From positions 54,340-118,339 of the forward strand of contig JBBQTB010000011.1 in the NCBI GenBank assembly GCA_038213375.1: 64,000 nucleotides of DNA, given 5' to 3'. Origin of the DNA: Bacteroidales bacterium. GTDB lineage: Bacteria > Bacteroidota > Bacteroidia > Bacteroidales > JAAUTT01. The position numbers were made by a program, and so were the translations under genes. The notes below the pieces were generated by a model. The model saw nothing but the letters and a program-made list of their open reading frames with translations. It was not told the origin of the DNA and searched no databases. How positions within the stretch are numbered: position 1 is the stretch's first letter; each line of letters opens with the position of its first letter. Positions 1 to 9,150 of the stretch are shown piece after piece.

Positions 1-2
1 GG

Positions 3-320
3 CTGAAGGAATATCCTTTTTCGCTTGTAATCGGTAATCCGCCTTATGGGAAGTATCACAACAAATACAGTTCTTATTTTCCATCGCCTAAAATGCCGCA
101 GATTGAGCAGGTCTTCATGTATTATGGATTGAAACTGCTTAAGCCTGGTGGCTTGCTTATTTACCTGGTAAGCTCCAATTTCTTTAGAAATGGAATTACT
201 TACAATAAGGCAAAGGATGAAATTGGAAAATTGGCAGAGCTGGTCGATGCTTACCAGCTACCCCCAGTGTTTCGATTTTCGGATGTACCGGTGGATATTA
301 TTATTCTAAAACGAAAGTAA
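3..320 (+). CDS. N6-adenine DNA methyltransferase, C-terminal part (5' end outside window)
   Basis: The frame of listed ORF 93-320 stays open back to the window edge. My translation of 3-92 gives LKEYPFSLVIGNPPYGKYHNKYSSYFPSPK, which contains the NPPY catalytic motif IV (36-47) of amino-methyltransferases. Confidence 0.75.
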   Translation: MKEYPFSLVIGNPPYGKYHNKYSSYFPSPKMPQIEQVFMYYGLKLLKPGGLLIYLVSSNFFRNGITYNKAKDEIGKLAELVDAYQLPPVFRFSDVPVDIIILKRK

Positions 321-321
321 A

Positions 322-555
322 ATGGCCAAGAACGATTTGGAATACCAGCTTCGCATTGAGATCAAAGAGCAACTTAGCAAGGTTACCAGGGCAAACAGCC
401 CCCATATTTATGCTGCCATTTACAATCGCAATGGTAATCTAAACCCTGTCGGTTTTTCCCGGATTGAAAGAAAGCTGATTCAGATAATTATTGCGGGTCA
501 GTTAACTCCGGCAGCAGCCATTCCTCAGTTAGAACAGGAATTTGATTTACTCTGA
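322..555 (+). CDS. hypothetical small protein (77 aa)
   Basis: It starts 2 nt after the MTase stop, and its stop overlaps the next start (TGATGA at 553-557). No motif recognised. Confidence 0.5.
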   Translation: MAKNDLEYQLRIEIKEQLSKVTRANSPHIYAAIYNRNGNLNPVGFSRIERKLIQIIIAGQLTPAAAIPQLEQEFDLL

Positions 556-1016
556 TGAATGAACTCAATCCATCATATTACAGGGCAAGACTCGACACGT
601 TCCGGTATTTTATCAAAGATCAATTGCCTGGACATCCGGAATTTGATACTGGAAAGAAAAACAGTCCTTTGGAATTGCTCAAACATGGATTTGTGCATTC
701 AGCGATAAAAGAAAGGTTTGAAAGTCGACTTGAAAGTTTCCCAAGGCTAGGAATTAAGTTATCCAATGCTCCATTGACTTTTACTGAAGCATGTTCATTT
801 AACACCTGGTTTGCCATGCACCCGGAAAAGGTTGCCGGAACGGAAACTGTTACCACAAGCATCAACTTTCCTATTACCATAAAAGGCAATCAGGAGGATA
901 TTGAAAGGGTTATTTCAAAAGGTTTAGAGAATCAAAAAGATAAAAGAAATCGCATTGTGCAGGCAAAAGCAGCCGCAAAGCTTAAAATTTTGAACCTATT
1001 AAAACTGCATCCATGA
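555..1016 (+). CDS. hypothetical protein (153 aa) with basic amphipathic C-terminal tail
   Basis: Translationally coupled on both sides (ATGA overlap at 1013-1016). The C-terminus KRNRIVQAKAAAKLKILNLLKLHP matches the tail of the next protein. Confidence 0.55.
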   Translation: MNELNPSYYRARLDTFRYFIKDQLPGHPEFDTGKKNSPLELLKHGFVHSAIKERFESRLESFPRLGIKLSNAPLTFTEACSFNTWFAMHPEKVAGTETVTTSINFPITIKGNQEDIERVISKGLENQKDKRNRIVQAKAAAKLKILNLLKLHP

Positions 1017-4000
1017 AAGTAAATGCCTTATCAGGAATAGAGGGACTATCCGGTTTGGGTGAGCTTCGGCAAGACCTGCGTAAAGCTATTTATGAGAATA
1101 AAGCAGTAGTCGAAAAGGTTTTGAAACAATCGCAAAACCTCTCCGGGCTTGGGTTTTTAGAAGGTAAAAAGGTTGATTTTACAGATGTCGTTAAAATGTA
1201 TAACGAAGGCATCAGTGAAGCTGAAATTAAAGCCTGGATCTGGTATAAGCGGAAGCAAGGCATACCGATGACACTTTGGTCAAAGATGTACAATGTGGAT
1301 GATAAAGGTATTCCTGAATTGGTAAAAGCGGGTGCATTATTAGTTTGTGGTAAGGAGTTCATGCCGCTTCCAATTTATTCATTTGGGAATATGTATGAAC
1401 GAAGAGATCAACTTCTCCAGGATAAAGAATTTATTAGCACAACGTATGGCAAAGATATTTTTGAGAACCACCTGAAAGTTGTCACCGGTGCTATTTCCAA
1501 AGCTCTGAGTGTATCAGAACCTGATGCGAAAGAAAGGCCCATCATTATGGCTATTTCCGAGATAGCCCGAAATAAAGATACCTTCTCCATTCAATCGGTT
1601 CGTCCGGAATTTATGGATGCAGAAAATGCCGAGCAACTAACCAAGGTGAATGGTAAGATATCCGTTAAACGGGATTCATCCAGTGCCAAATACAAGGTTA
1701 TCCGTTTACGGTTTGATGGTGAAACAGAATACTCTCTGAGGGATGTATTCGTAAAGTGGCTATATACATTGCAACAGTCGGATTTCGACAAAAGCAATGC
1801 CATCGACATTGCCGAATACTACATATACAACAAGCCACTTAAGGATGATGAAATGACTTCTGACCAGAAAGCGGAGCTGAAAGTCAATGCTCGTAACGAA
1901 GGTGAAAAGCTATTCTCACGATTCCTGCATGAAGTCCTAACTACAATTGATCAGAAACGCCTCGATGAAACATGGAACCGGATGTTCAATGCCCAAAGTG
2001 ATATAAATCACAAAAGAGTACCTGTAGGATTTGAATGTTCTTCCCGGTTCAAATCAGGTTTGTTGCAGATAACTCCTATCCAAAGGGAGGGTGTCGCCTT
2101 CTTTGAAGCTCTGGGCAGTGGAATCTGTGCTTTCGATGTCGGCGTAGGAAAAACCATGACCGCTATCATCAACATAGCCACCAACATTTATTCTGGCAAA
2201 TGTAAACGTCCTTTGGTTGTTGTTCCGAAGCCAACTTACAAAAAATGGATTGGTGAAATTATCGGATATACGGATAAGTATACTAAAGAATTTGTACCAG
2301 GGGTATTGTCCTATACCGGTATAAAACTCAACGATTGGAGCAACCTGGGTACCGGCATCAAAGAGAAAATCAACTTTTCAAAACAGGTTCCTGAGAACAG
2401 CATTACCCTTGTTACTTACGAAGGTTTTAAGCAAATTGGTTTCTCTGGCAACGTATCGGAAACCCTCTTTACCGAGCTGGTGAATATTCTTGGTCAGAGT
2501 GCTGAAAAATCCGCCCGTGATACTGAAATTGATTACCAGAAATACCGTGAGAAAATCGGAATGGGTGAAAAGAACACCGTTTGCGATATTGATATACTCG
2601 GTTTCGATTACCTGGTGATAGATGAAGCCCATCGTTGCAAGAATGTCTTTGAACAGGTAAAGAGCGATGATGAAGGTAACAAGCGATACAATATCACTTC
2701 AGCAGTATCTGAAACGGGTATCAAAGCTTTCTTTCATGCCAACTACATTCAGCGCACGTATGGTAACAACATCATGCTCCTTACGGCAACACCTTTCACT
2801 AACAGTCCCCTGGAGATTTATTCCATGCTCTCCCTGGTGGCTTATGAGAGTATGCACCGGAATTCAATTTATAACATCAATGCTTTCTTTGATATGTTCG
2901 TACTCCCAACTGTGGAGTGGACGGCCAACTACAAAGACGAAATCGTGGAAAAGGAAGTTATCAAATCCTTTACCAACCGGCTCGTCCTTCAAAAGCTAAT
3001 CTATAACCATATTCTTTATAAAACGGGCGAAGAAGCTGGCGTAAAACGACCTGTTAAAGTCAATTTGCCAAAGATATACGACACATCTCCCGATGGCAAA
3101 ACTCTAAAGCTAAGTCCGGCCAAACAAATATTAACTTACATCGAGCCAACCGTAAAGCAACGACGCAACCAGCAAAACATTGTTGCACTGGCTCAAAAGG
3201 CAACTTCCGGGAAGCTCAATATGGGTGACTTATTCAGGGCACTGGCGTACAGCCTGGATAATGCTTTGTCTCCTTATCTGTATGTGGGCAACCAGGACAG
3301 ACCGGAAGATTATAAAGAGTTTGTAGAAGAAAGCCCTAAAATTCTTTTTGCTTGCGAATGCTGTCGGACAGTGAAGGAATACCATGAAAGACTGGCAAAG
3401 AGTGGTTCAGATAATATCCCTACGGTTTTAAAGGAAGTTTCCGGCCAGGTAATGTATATGAACCGGGGTAAAGGATTTTTCAGATACATTAAGGAGTATC
3501 TTGAAAAGGAAATAGGTTATAAGAAAAACGTCCTTTTCAACAATACACGTTTCGATGAAGTAGAAATCATAGATAGCTCCATTTCTGACATTAAAAAGGA
3601 AAACGTCAAGGAAGCTTTCCTGGAAGGCATTGTGAAAATTATTATTGGTACTGCCACCATCCGGGAAGGAATTGACCTGCAAAAACGTGGAACAGTTATT
3701 TACAATCTTTATCCCGATTGGAACCCGACGGACATAAGGCAACTGGAAGGGAGAATATGGAGGCAGGGAAATGAGTTTGCCTTTGTCCGTTCGGTGATGC
3801 CACTGGTTCAGGATTCTATGGATGTGTTCGTATTCCAGAAGCTGGAAGAAAAAACCGGACGTATCAACGACATTTGGTTCAAAGCCGACCGGGGTAATGT
3901 CCTGGATGTGGAATCGCTCGATCCACAGGAAGTTAAACTGGCACTTATTACCGACGTTGGACGGATTACCGCTTTATACTTCGATGAAGAACGGCGGGAG

Positions 4001-4855
4001 GTCGAGCGTGAACTAAGTCGTGCCAATTCCAATCTATCCCAAGTGAGCAAAGTGAAAGATGCCATCAATCACTACCTTACCGACAAGGATAAGCTGGTGC
4101 AATGGATTAATAAGTTTTACAACGATATGCTTGCCAAGTCCTGGGTGTTTGATAACGAAAAAGTAGAAAGGAGAATTTCTGAATACAAGAACGCTCCGGA
4201 TGAGAAAGAGCAAGTAAAGAAGATAAAGGATCTTCAGAAGAAAGGTGAAGCCCTGAAAGCTGATATTGAAAAGGTTCAGACCAGTTCTTCTGTTCCTGAT
4301 AATGATCTTTTGGAATGTGCCCGCAAAATACAACGGGAAAGCCAGTATTTCAGCAACTACTGGATTGTAAACGAATTCAGGGAATCCATGTCCAACGTTT
4401 ACAAAATAGAACGTACCATACTGAAGCCGAAGAAACTTAGCATTTTCGACGACATGAGCGGTTTGGAAAGCGAATTGAAGAAAGATGTAATGGCTGCTGA
4501 ATCGAAACTCGCCAACTACAAAGGCGGACAGCATGGAGAGACCTCCAAACGCTTTCTGGAACTTTACAAGGAGATTGAGACCAAGAAAGAAACCCTGTCG
4601 GTAAAAGGCAAATCACCACTGGAACGGGCTGAAGATTTTTCCAGGCTCAACTACCTGCTTCAGTACCTGAAAGATGATTACGATCCGGAAAGTTGCCCAT
4701 TCCCTGAGCCAACCGACAAACCAGGGTACTGCGATGTTGCCACCAAACAACCGGGAATACCCACTCAAAACAGCCCAGATAATGAAAAGCGTATTCGCGT
4801 TGCCCGGATTAAAGCACAAGCTAAACTTAAGATGCTCGAACTTTTAAAAATATAG
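1013..4855 (+). CDS. SNF2-family (DEAH) helicase, 1280 aa, polyvalent-protein type
   Basis: Helicase motifs read in the translation: GVGKTMTAI (I), LVIDEAHRCKN (II), LLTATPFTNSPLEIYSML (III), GTATIREGIDLQ (V), QLEGRIWRQGN (VI). The N-terminal region (~340 aa) and the C-terminal coiled-coil region are unassigned. Confidence 0.85.
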   Translation: MKVNALSGIEGLSGLGELRQDLRKAIYENKAVVEKVLKQSQNLSGLGFLEGKKVDFTDVVKMYNEGISEAEIKAWIWYKRKQGIPMTLWSKMYNVDDKGIPELVKAGALLVCGKEFMPLPIYSFGNMYERRDQLLQDKEFISTTYGKDIFENHLKVVTGAISKALSVSEPDAKERPIIMAISEIARNKDTFSIQSVRPEFMDAENAEQLTKVNGKISVKRDSSSAKYKVIRLRFDGETEYSLRDVFVKWLYTLQQSDFDKSNAIDIAEYYIYNKPLKDDEMTSDQKAELKVNARNEGEKLFSRFLHEVLTTIDQKRLDETWNRMFNAQSDINHKRVPVGFECSSRFKSGLLQITPIQREGVAFFEALGSGICAFDVGVGKTMTAIINIATNIYSGKCKRPLVVVPKPTYKKWIGEIIGYTDKYTKEFVPGVLSYTGIKLNDWSNLGTGIKEKINFSKQVPENSITLVTYEGFKQIGFSGNVSETLFTELVNILGQSAEKSARDTEIDYQKYREKIGMGEKNTVCDIDILGFDYLVIDEAHRCKNVFEQVKSDDEGNKRYNITSAVSETGIKAFFHANYIQRTYGNNIMLLTATPFTNSPLEIYSMLSLVAYESMHRNSIYNINAFFDMFVLPTVEWTANYKDEIVEKEVIKSFTNRLVLQKLIYNHILYKTGEEAGVKRPVKVNLPKIYDTSPDGKTLKLSPAKQILTYIEPTVKQRRNQQNIVALAQKATSGKLNMGDLFRALAYSLDNALSPYLYVGNQDRPEDYKEFVEESPKILFACECCRTVKEYHERLAKSGSDNIPTVLKEVSGQVMYMNRGKGFFRYIKEYLEKEIGYKKNVLFNNTRFDEVEIIDSSISDIKKENVKEAFLEGIVKIIIGTATIREGIDLQKRGTVIYNLYPDWNPTDIRQLEGRIWRQGNEFAFVRSVMPLVQDSMDVFVFQKLEEKTGRINDIWFKADRGNVLDVESLDPQEVKLALITDVGRITALYFDEERREVERELSRANSNLSQVSKVKDAINHYLTDKDKLVQWINKFYNDMLAKSWVFDNEKVERRISEYKNAPDEKEQVKKIKDLQKKGEALKADIEKVQTSSSVPDNDLLECARKIQRESQYFSNYWIVNEFRESMSNVYKIERTILKPKKLSIFDDMSGLESELKKDVMAAESKLANYKGGQHGETSKRFLELYKEIETKKETLSVKGKSPLERAEDFSRLNYLLQYLKDDYDPESCPFPEPTDKPGYCDVATKQPGIPTQNSPDNEKRIRVARIKAQAKLKMLELLKI

Positions 4856-4857
4856 CC

Positions 4858-7299
4858 ATGTACCAGGAGAAAAAAGAAGTCGTACTGTTTGGTGTTGATT
4901 CAAAACTTCTGAAGCCATTTGTTCCGGAGTTAAAGATCCGCATGAACAAGGGTAAAGCCTTCGATGTGGACAAAGTCTCTTCCTCCAGGGATGTCTATGG
5001 GATTCTAAAACGGATTTATGGCCGGAATCCTATCCAGGAAAATTTTGTGATGTTGCTGTTTAACCGGGCAAACAAACTGATTGGGTATTACAAACATACT
5101 ATTGGAACAACAACAGCTACAATGGTGGATATTCCGATGATTATTGGCTTTGCCACCAAAGCCCTGGCACAAGGTGTTGTTATTTCACATAATCACCCTT
5201 CCGGAACACTTGCACCATCAGAACAAGACAAGGAGATTACCAGAACTATCACACAGGCACTAAAAACAGTTAAAATTAATCTACTCGATCATGTCATCTT
5301 CACCAATGAGGGCTACTACTCCTTTGCGGATGAAGGGGCTTTAAGCGGACTTAACAACACAGCTATGATAACAGTTGAAAACATCATTTCGGAATACACG
5401 GGTATCGACCAGGCTATTCTTCCTGATGCACTAAAAAAGGATGAATTTGAATTCATCAGGGAAAACATCGACCTGTATAATGAAGATGACACTATCAAAA
5501 AGTACATTGATACGTTCGTTGAAAAGCTTAATGAATTTGTAAACAAAGGATCGTCCAAATTAAAGCCTTCGAAAGAAAGTGATGAACCTCAAAAGTTAAA
5601 AAGTTCGGACATTCCTTCCATCGTGAAGAAATTCATGCCTAAGTTTCAGCAACAGGCAATCATTGGAAGTGAGGAACACATCGAGATAGTTAAACGACTT
5701 GAAAACGAAATCAAAGCAATCCCAAAAGATACAAGACAGGCGGATTTAGCATACCAGAAAGCGAAGGAAACCGGCAAAGCCAATTACATGGACTTTTACA
5801 TGGTATTTGCCCATTTTTTTCATGGGGCATCCGATTGGTATGTACTTTCGTGGGATGGCGATGAGATATTGTTCTGCTACGTTATTCTCAATGGCGATAC
5901 CCAAATGAGTGAAATGGGCGATGTTTCTCTCTCGGAATTGCATGAAAATCGTATTGAAATGGACTTTTTCTGGACTGTTAAACCTTTGTCCGAAGTTTTG
6001 TATAAAGCTTATCCCGATGAGTTTCCTGAGCCTGGTATGAAATCGAATATATCCAAAGAAACTAAAAAGCCCGAACCCGACGAGCAACCAAGTAAGCAAG
6101 ATAATTCCTTGTCCGTTGAAAAACTTGATCTGGAAGTGTCGTTTATTAAACGATATGTGGGATTACATGGGAAAACTAAAGAAAAGGCTCAGATCCTGAA
6201 TCTGCTAAACTCACTTCAAAAAGCCATCATCGAAAAACGAATCCGGAAGACTTCAGCTTATGCCAGCGAAATCAAAAACATCCAGCAACAGCTAATCAAG
6301 TGTTACAATCAGATGGGAAATACCATCAAAGTCTCCCTGGATGAAAACACGCTGGAAAAATACAGCCAGATTGCCCATAGTCAAAAAACGATGCTCGCTG
6401 TAACTTACATCAAGCAGTACATTGGCATACATGGTAAAAAGGATGTTAAGGATAAAGCCAAATCATTGTTAAGCCGGATAAATAAAGCTATTGAAATCGG
6501 AAAAATCCCTGAAACTTGCCCTTACTGGAACGATATTCAAGAAATCAAATCATCCCTGGAAGGCTATGTTGGAAATAAATCAAAAACACCTATAATAAGC
6601 GAAACCACATTAAATGGCATCATGTCCTGGATGGCAAGGCGACATCAAAAAAAACAGGTTGCCAAATACCTGCAAAAGATTTATGAAGCGGAAAGAGGAT
6701 TGAGGGGTGTTGAAAAGGAAGAAGAATCTACTTTAAGTATTAATCCGGAACCGGTGGTAATAACGAGTACAGAACTAGCCGGAATGAACTTCGAAACCAT
6801 TGGTTTAAAAGGTAAATACCGGAACTTAATTGGAGATCCTTCCGTCGGCTTTTCTGCAATGGTGTTTGGTTTACCTAAAAGCGGTAAATCCACTCTTTGC
6901 ATTGATTTTGCCAAATACCTGGCCGAAAATCACGGAAAGGTTTTGTATGTTGCCATTGAGGAAGGTTTCGGATATACTCTTAAAGAAAAGTTCGAACGAC
7001 TTGGTGCTTTACATCCTAACCTGGAAATTGCTGAGAAAATTCCCGATGATCTAACTACTTACCAGTTTGTTTTTATTGATTCGGTAAGCAAAGCAAATCT
7101 GACAAGCCAGGATTTAACCAAGCTTCGAAAAGACAATCCCCAAACAGCATTTATCTTCATCTTCCATACCACAAAGGAAGGTAACTTCCGAGGTAAACAG
7201 GACTTTGCACATGATGTGGACGTGATAATTGAAGTGGAGAATGGAGTTGCTAAAGCGAATGGAAGGTTTGGGATTGGAGGAAAAATTAATATATTCTAA
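4858..7299 (+). CDS. multidomain protein: RadC-like JAB domain + DUF2958-like region + tandem repeat + RecA/KaiC-like P-loop ATPase
   Basis: JAMM motif VISHNHPSGTLAPSEQD. WYVLSWDGDEILF...GDVSLSELHENRIEMDFFW resembles DUF2958 as I remember it. Duplicated module FIKRYVGLHGK / YIKQYIGIHGK. Walker A GLPKSGKST and Walker-B-like FVFIDSV near the C-terminus. Confidence 0.75.
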   Translation: MYQEKKEVVLFGVDSKLLKPFVPELKIRMNKGKAFDVDKVSSSRDVYGILKRIYGRNPIQENFVMLLFNRANKLIGYYKHTIGTTTATMVDIPMIIGFATKALAQGVVISHNHPSGTLAPSEQDKEITRTITQALKTVKINLLDHVIFTNEGYYSFADEGALSGLNNTAMITVENIISEYTGIDQAILPDALKKDEFEFIRENIDLYNEDDTIKKYIDTFVEKLNEFVNKGSSKLKPSKESDEPQKLKSSDIPSIVKKFMPKFQQQAIIGSEEHIEIVKRLENEIKAIPKDTRQADLAYQKAKETGKANYMDFYMVFAHFFHGASDWYVLSWDGDEILFCYVILNGDTQMSEMGDVSLSELHENRIEMDFFWTVKPLSEVLYKAYPDEFPEPGMKSNISKETKKPEPDEQPSKQDNSLSVEKLDLEVSFIKRYVGLHGKTKEKAQILNLLNSLQKAIIEKRIRKTSAYASEIKNIQQQLIKCYNQMGNTIKVSLDENTLEKYSQIAHSQKTMLAVTYIKQYIGIHGKKDVKDKAKSLLSRINKAIEIGKIPETCPYWNDIQEIKSSLEGYVGNKSKTPIISETTLNGIMSWMARRHQKKQVAKYLQKIYEAERGLRGVEKEEESTLSINPEPVVITSTELAGMNFETIGLKGKYRNLIGDPSVGFSAMVFGLPKSGKSTLCIDFAKYLAENHGKVLYVAIEEGFGYTLKEKFERLGALHPNLEIAEKIPDDLTTYQFVFIDSVSKANLTSQDLTKLRKDNPQTAFIFIFHTTKEGNFRGKQDFAHDVDVIIEVENGVAKANGRFGIGGKINIF

Positions 7300-7325
7300 G
7301 CGGAAAGTAAAAGTCTACTTTCCGC
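7300..7325. terminator. bidirectional stem-loop between convergent genes
   Basis: GCGGAAAGTA (7300-7309) and TACTTTCCGC (7316-7325) form a perfect 10-bp stem with a 6-nt loop. It lies directly after the stop at 7297-7299 and before the convergent gene end at 7336. Confidence 0.55.
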
Positions 7326-7335
7326 CTTGGCGTTT

Positions 7336-9045
7336 CTATTGAAACATTTTTGCTTTATCTATGATAGTTTCCGCTTTCTTCAGTTGTTTTTCGATATCCT
7401 TACTATCCTTGTCAATCAGAAAGATCATTTTATTCTGAACTGCTATGAGAAGGTTGGATAAATCCACTCTGGTTCTTCGGTTATTACTGGAATTGAGTTG
7501 TTTTGAAAAATCCATGTAAATGTCATTGTAAAAACTAAAGAGATGGGATTTTTTGGAAGCCGTATATCCCGAATAACTATCGCCGGAAGCTTGGTACATC
7601 TCTAATATTTTAGAATGATTTGAAATTATACGTTCTTCATTCTCCCTTATTTGTTTCCATTCTTTTGAATCATTCTCCTGTTCATTAAGTTTGGTCTGAA
7701 TATTATCATGTTTTTTCCTAATCTCTGAGAGCTCATTTTCAGAGAATACATCAGGATATTTTAAAAGTAAGGTATCTAAATTTGCCAAGGCACGTTTATC
7801 AGACCCCCATTGCATTGTTTTATCAATGGATTCATATAAACTCCTTGCTATTGAAGCTCTGCGATCTTTTTCTATTCCCCGTTCACATACATTTATCTTT
7901 TCATGAATTACATTGATATCTTCCTGATTTAAGTTTTCTTCATATTGATTAAGAATATTTTCGAAATTTTCCTTAGCATCTTTAAAATCATTGTTAACTA
8001 GAGATTCATCAGCAGATTTATACTCTTTCAAATCGGAAAGTTTATAAGAAGGAGTCTGTGTGAAAATATAGAATATGCCTTCCTTCCGATTCTCTACCCA
8101 ACCTGATTCCTGAATGTACTCGTGTGTGACGTCATTAAAAATGGAGGGACGATAAAAATAGGATTCATCACCAGGAATATATTTAAATCTAAAATCCGAA
8201 GATTTAAATGATTGAGAAAAATCGTAATCTTCATTATTGGTGGCATATACAGTATCAATTTTAATTTTATTGCTAGCTAAATCAGCAAGGGATATTTTCC
8301 CAGCAATAAAATCGTTCTTTATTTTAGTCATTTCCTCGTTATCAATTTCTTTAGAGGTGATTTTACCTGAAGCGGTCTCACGTACAATGAAACTTACTAA
8401 TATACCATTTCTAAAAACAATGCTTTTCTCCTTGTCAGCACTTTTGTAAAGCCATGTACCAATCATCTGTCCATTTTGATCAAATTGCCCAGTAACAGTA
8501 TTGTATTCGCTAAAAGGAGGAGTATTTACAAATTTTATCGGACCTGTTAGTAGGCCTTCCCGAAATGTGGCACTTAATAGTTCGGAAGGTACCGGTGAAT
8601 AGGGAGTCCAGGTAAAACCAAGCGCACTATATCGCTTTTCTCGGATTCTAGCATCGTACTTATATATACATGACCCATTAGGTTTACCATTTGTGTAGAT
8701 TGTTGTTAATGTTTTAGTACCAGTAATAAATCCTTCTCCATTTGTTGGCCAATCGGTAAACGTAATTAAAAACGACCATACCCCGTCTCTTTTATTATTT
8801 TTGAAATTTCCTGAAATAATAACTTTTTGAGAACTGATATCGTCTTTGTCAGAGTTAGTGAACTTAAAGGCACCATGTTTTATATATTCCAGTGTGGATT
8901 TGTCCTCATAGTAGGTGTATGTTGCAAAGCCTTTATTGACCGTGCCGTCATCATATTCACCACTATAAGTTTTTAAATTCTGACAAAAAACAAGATTACA
9001 AAATAACAGGAATAGTGTTGCTAATGAGATAATTTTTGAGTTCAT
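7336..9045 (-). CDS. secreted MORN/YwqK-type repeat protein with C-terminal helical region
   Basis: N-terminal signal peptide MNSKIISLATLFLLFCNLVFCQ. Recurrent G-x-W / NGK-x-G repeat units (YSGEYDDGTVNKGFATY, KNNKRDGVWSF, YTNGKPNGSCIY, FDQNGQMIGTWLY). Confidence 0.6.
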   Translation of the reverse strand: MNSKIISLATLFLLFCNLVFCQNLKTYSGEYDDGTVNKGFATYTYYEDKSTLEYIKHGAFKFTNSDKDDISSQKVIISGNFKNNKRDGVWSFLITFTDWPTNGEGFITGTKTLTTIYTNGKPNGSCIYKYDARIREKRYSALGFTWTPYSPVPSELLSATFREGLLTGPIKFVNTPPFSEYNTVTGQFDQNGQMIGTWLYKSADKEKSIVFRNGILVSFIVRETASGKITSKEIDNEEMTKIKNDFIAGKISLADLASNKIKIDTVYATNNEDYDFSQSFKSSDFRFKYIPGDESYFYRPSIFNDVTHEYIQESGWVENRKEGIFYIFTQTPSYKLSDLKEYKSADESLVNNDFKDAKENFENILNQYEENLNQEDINVIHEKINVCERGIEKDRRASIARSLYESIDKTMQWGSDKRALANLDTLLLKYPDVFSENELSEIRKKHDNIQTKLNEQENDSKEWKQIRENEERIISNHSKILEMYQASGDSYSGYTASKKSHLFSFYNDIYMDFSKQLNSSNNRRTRVDLSNLLIAVQNKMIFLIDKDSKDIEKQLKKAETIIDKAKMFQ

Positions 9046-9150
9046 AATGTTTTATATAATAATTATGAATCAAAAGTATACTGGAGGTATGCCAAAGAAC
9101 GGCACGGAATACGACCAACAATATTTTTTTATGAAATTTATTTAAAAGGA

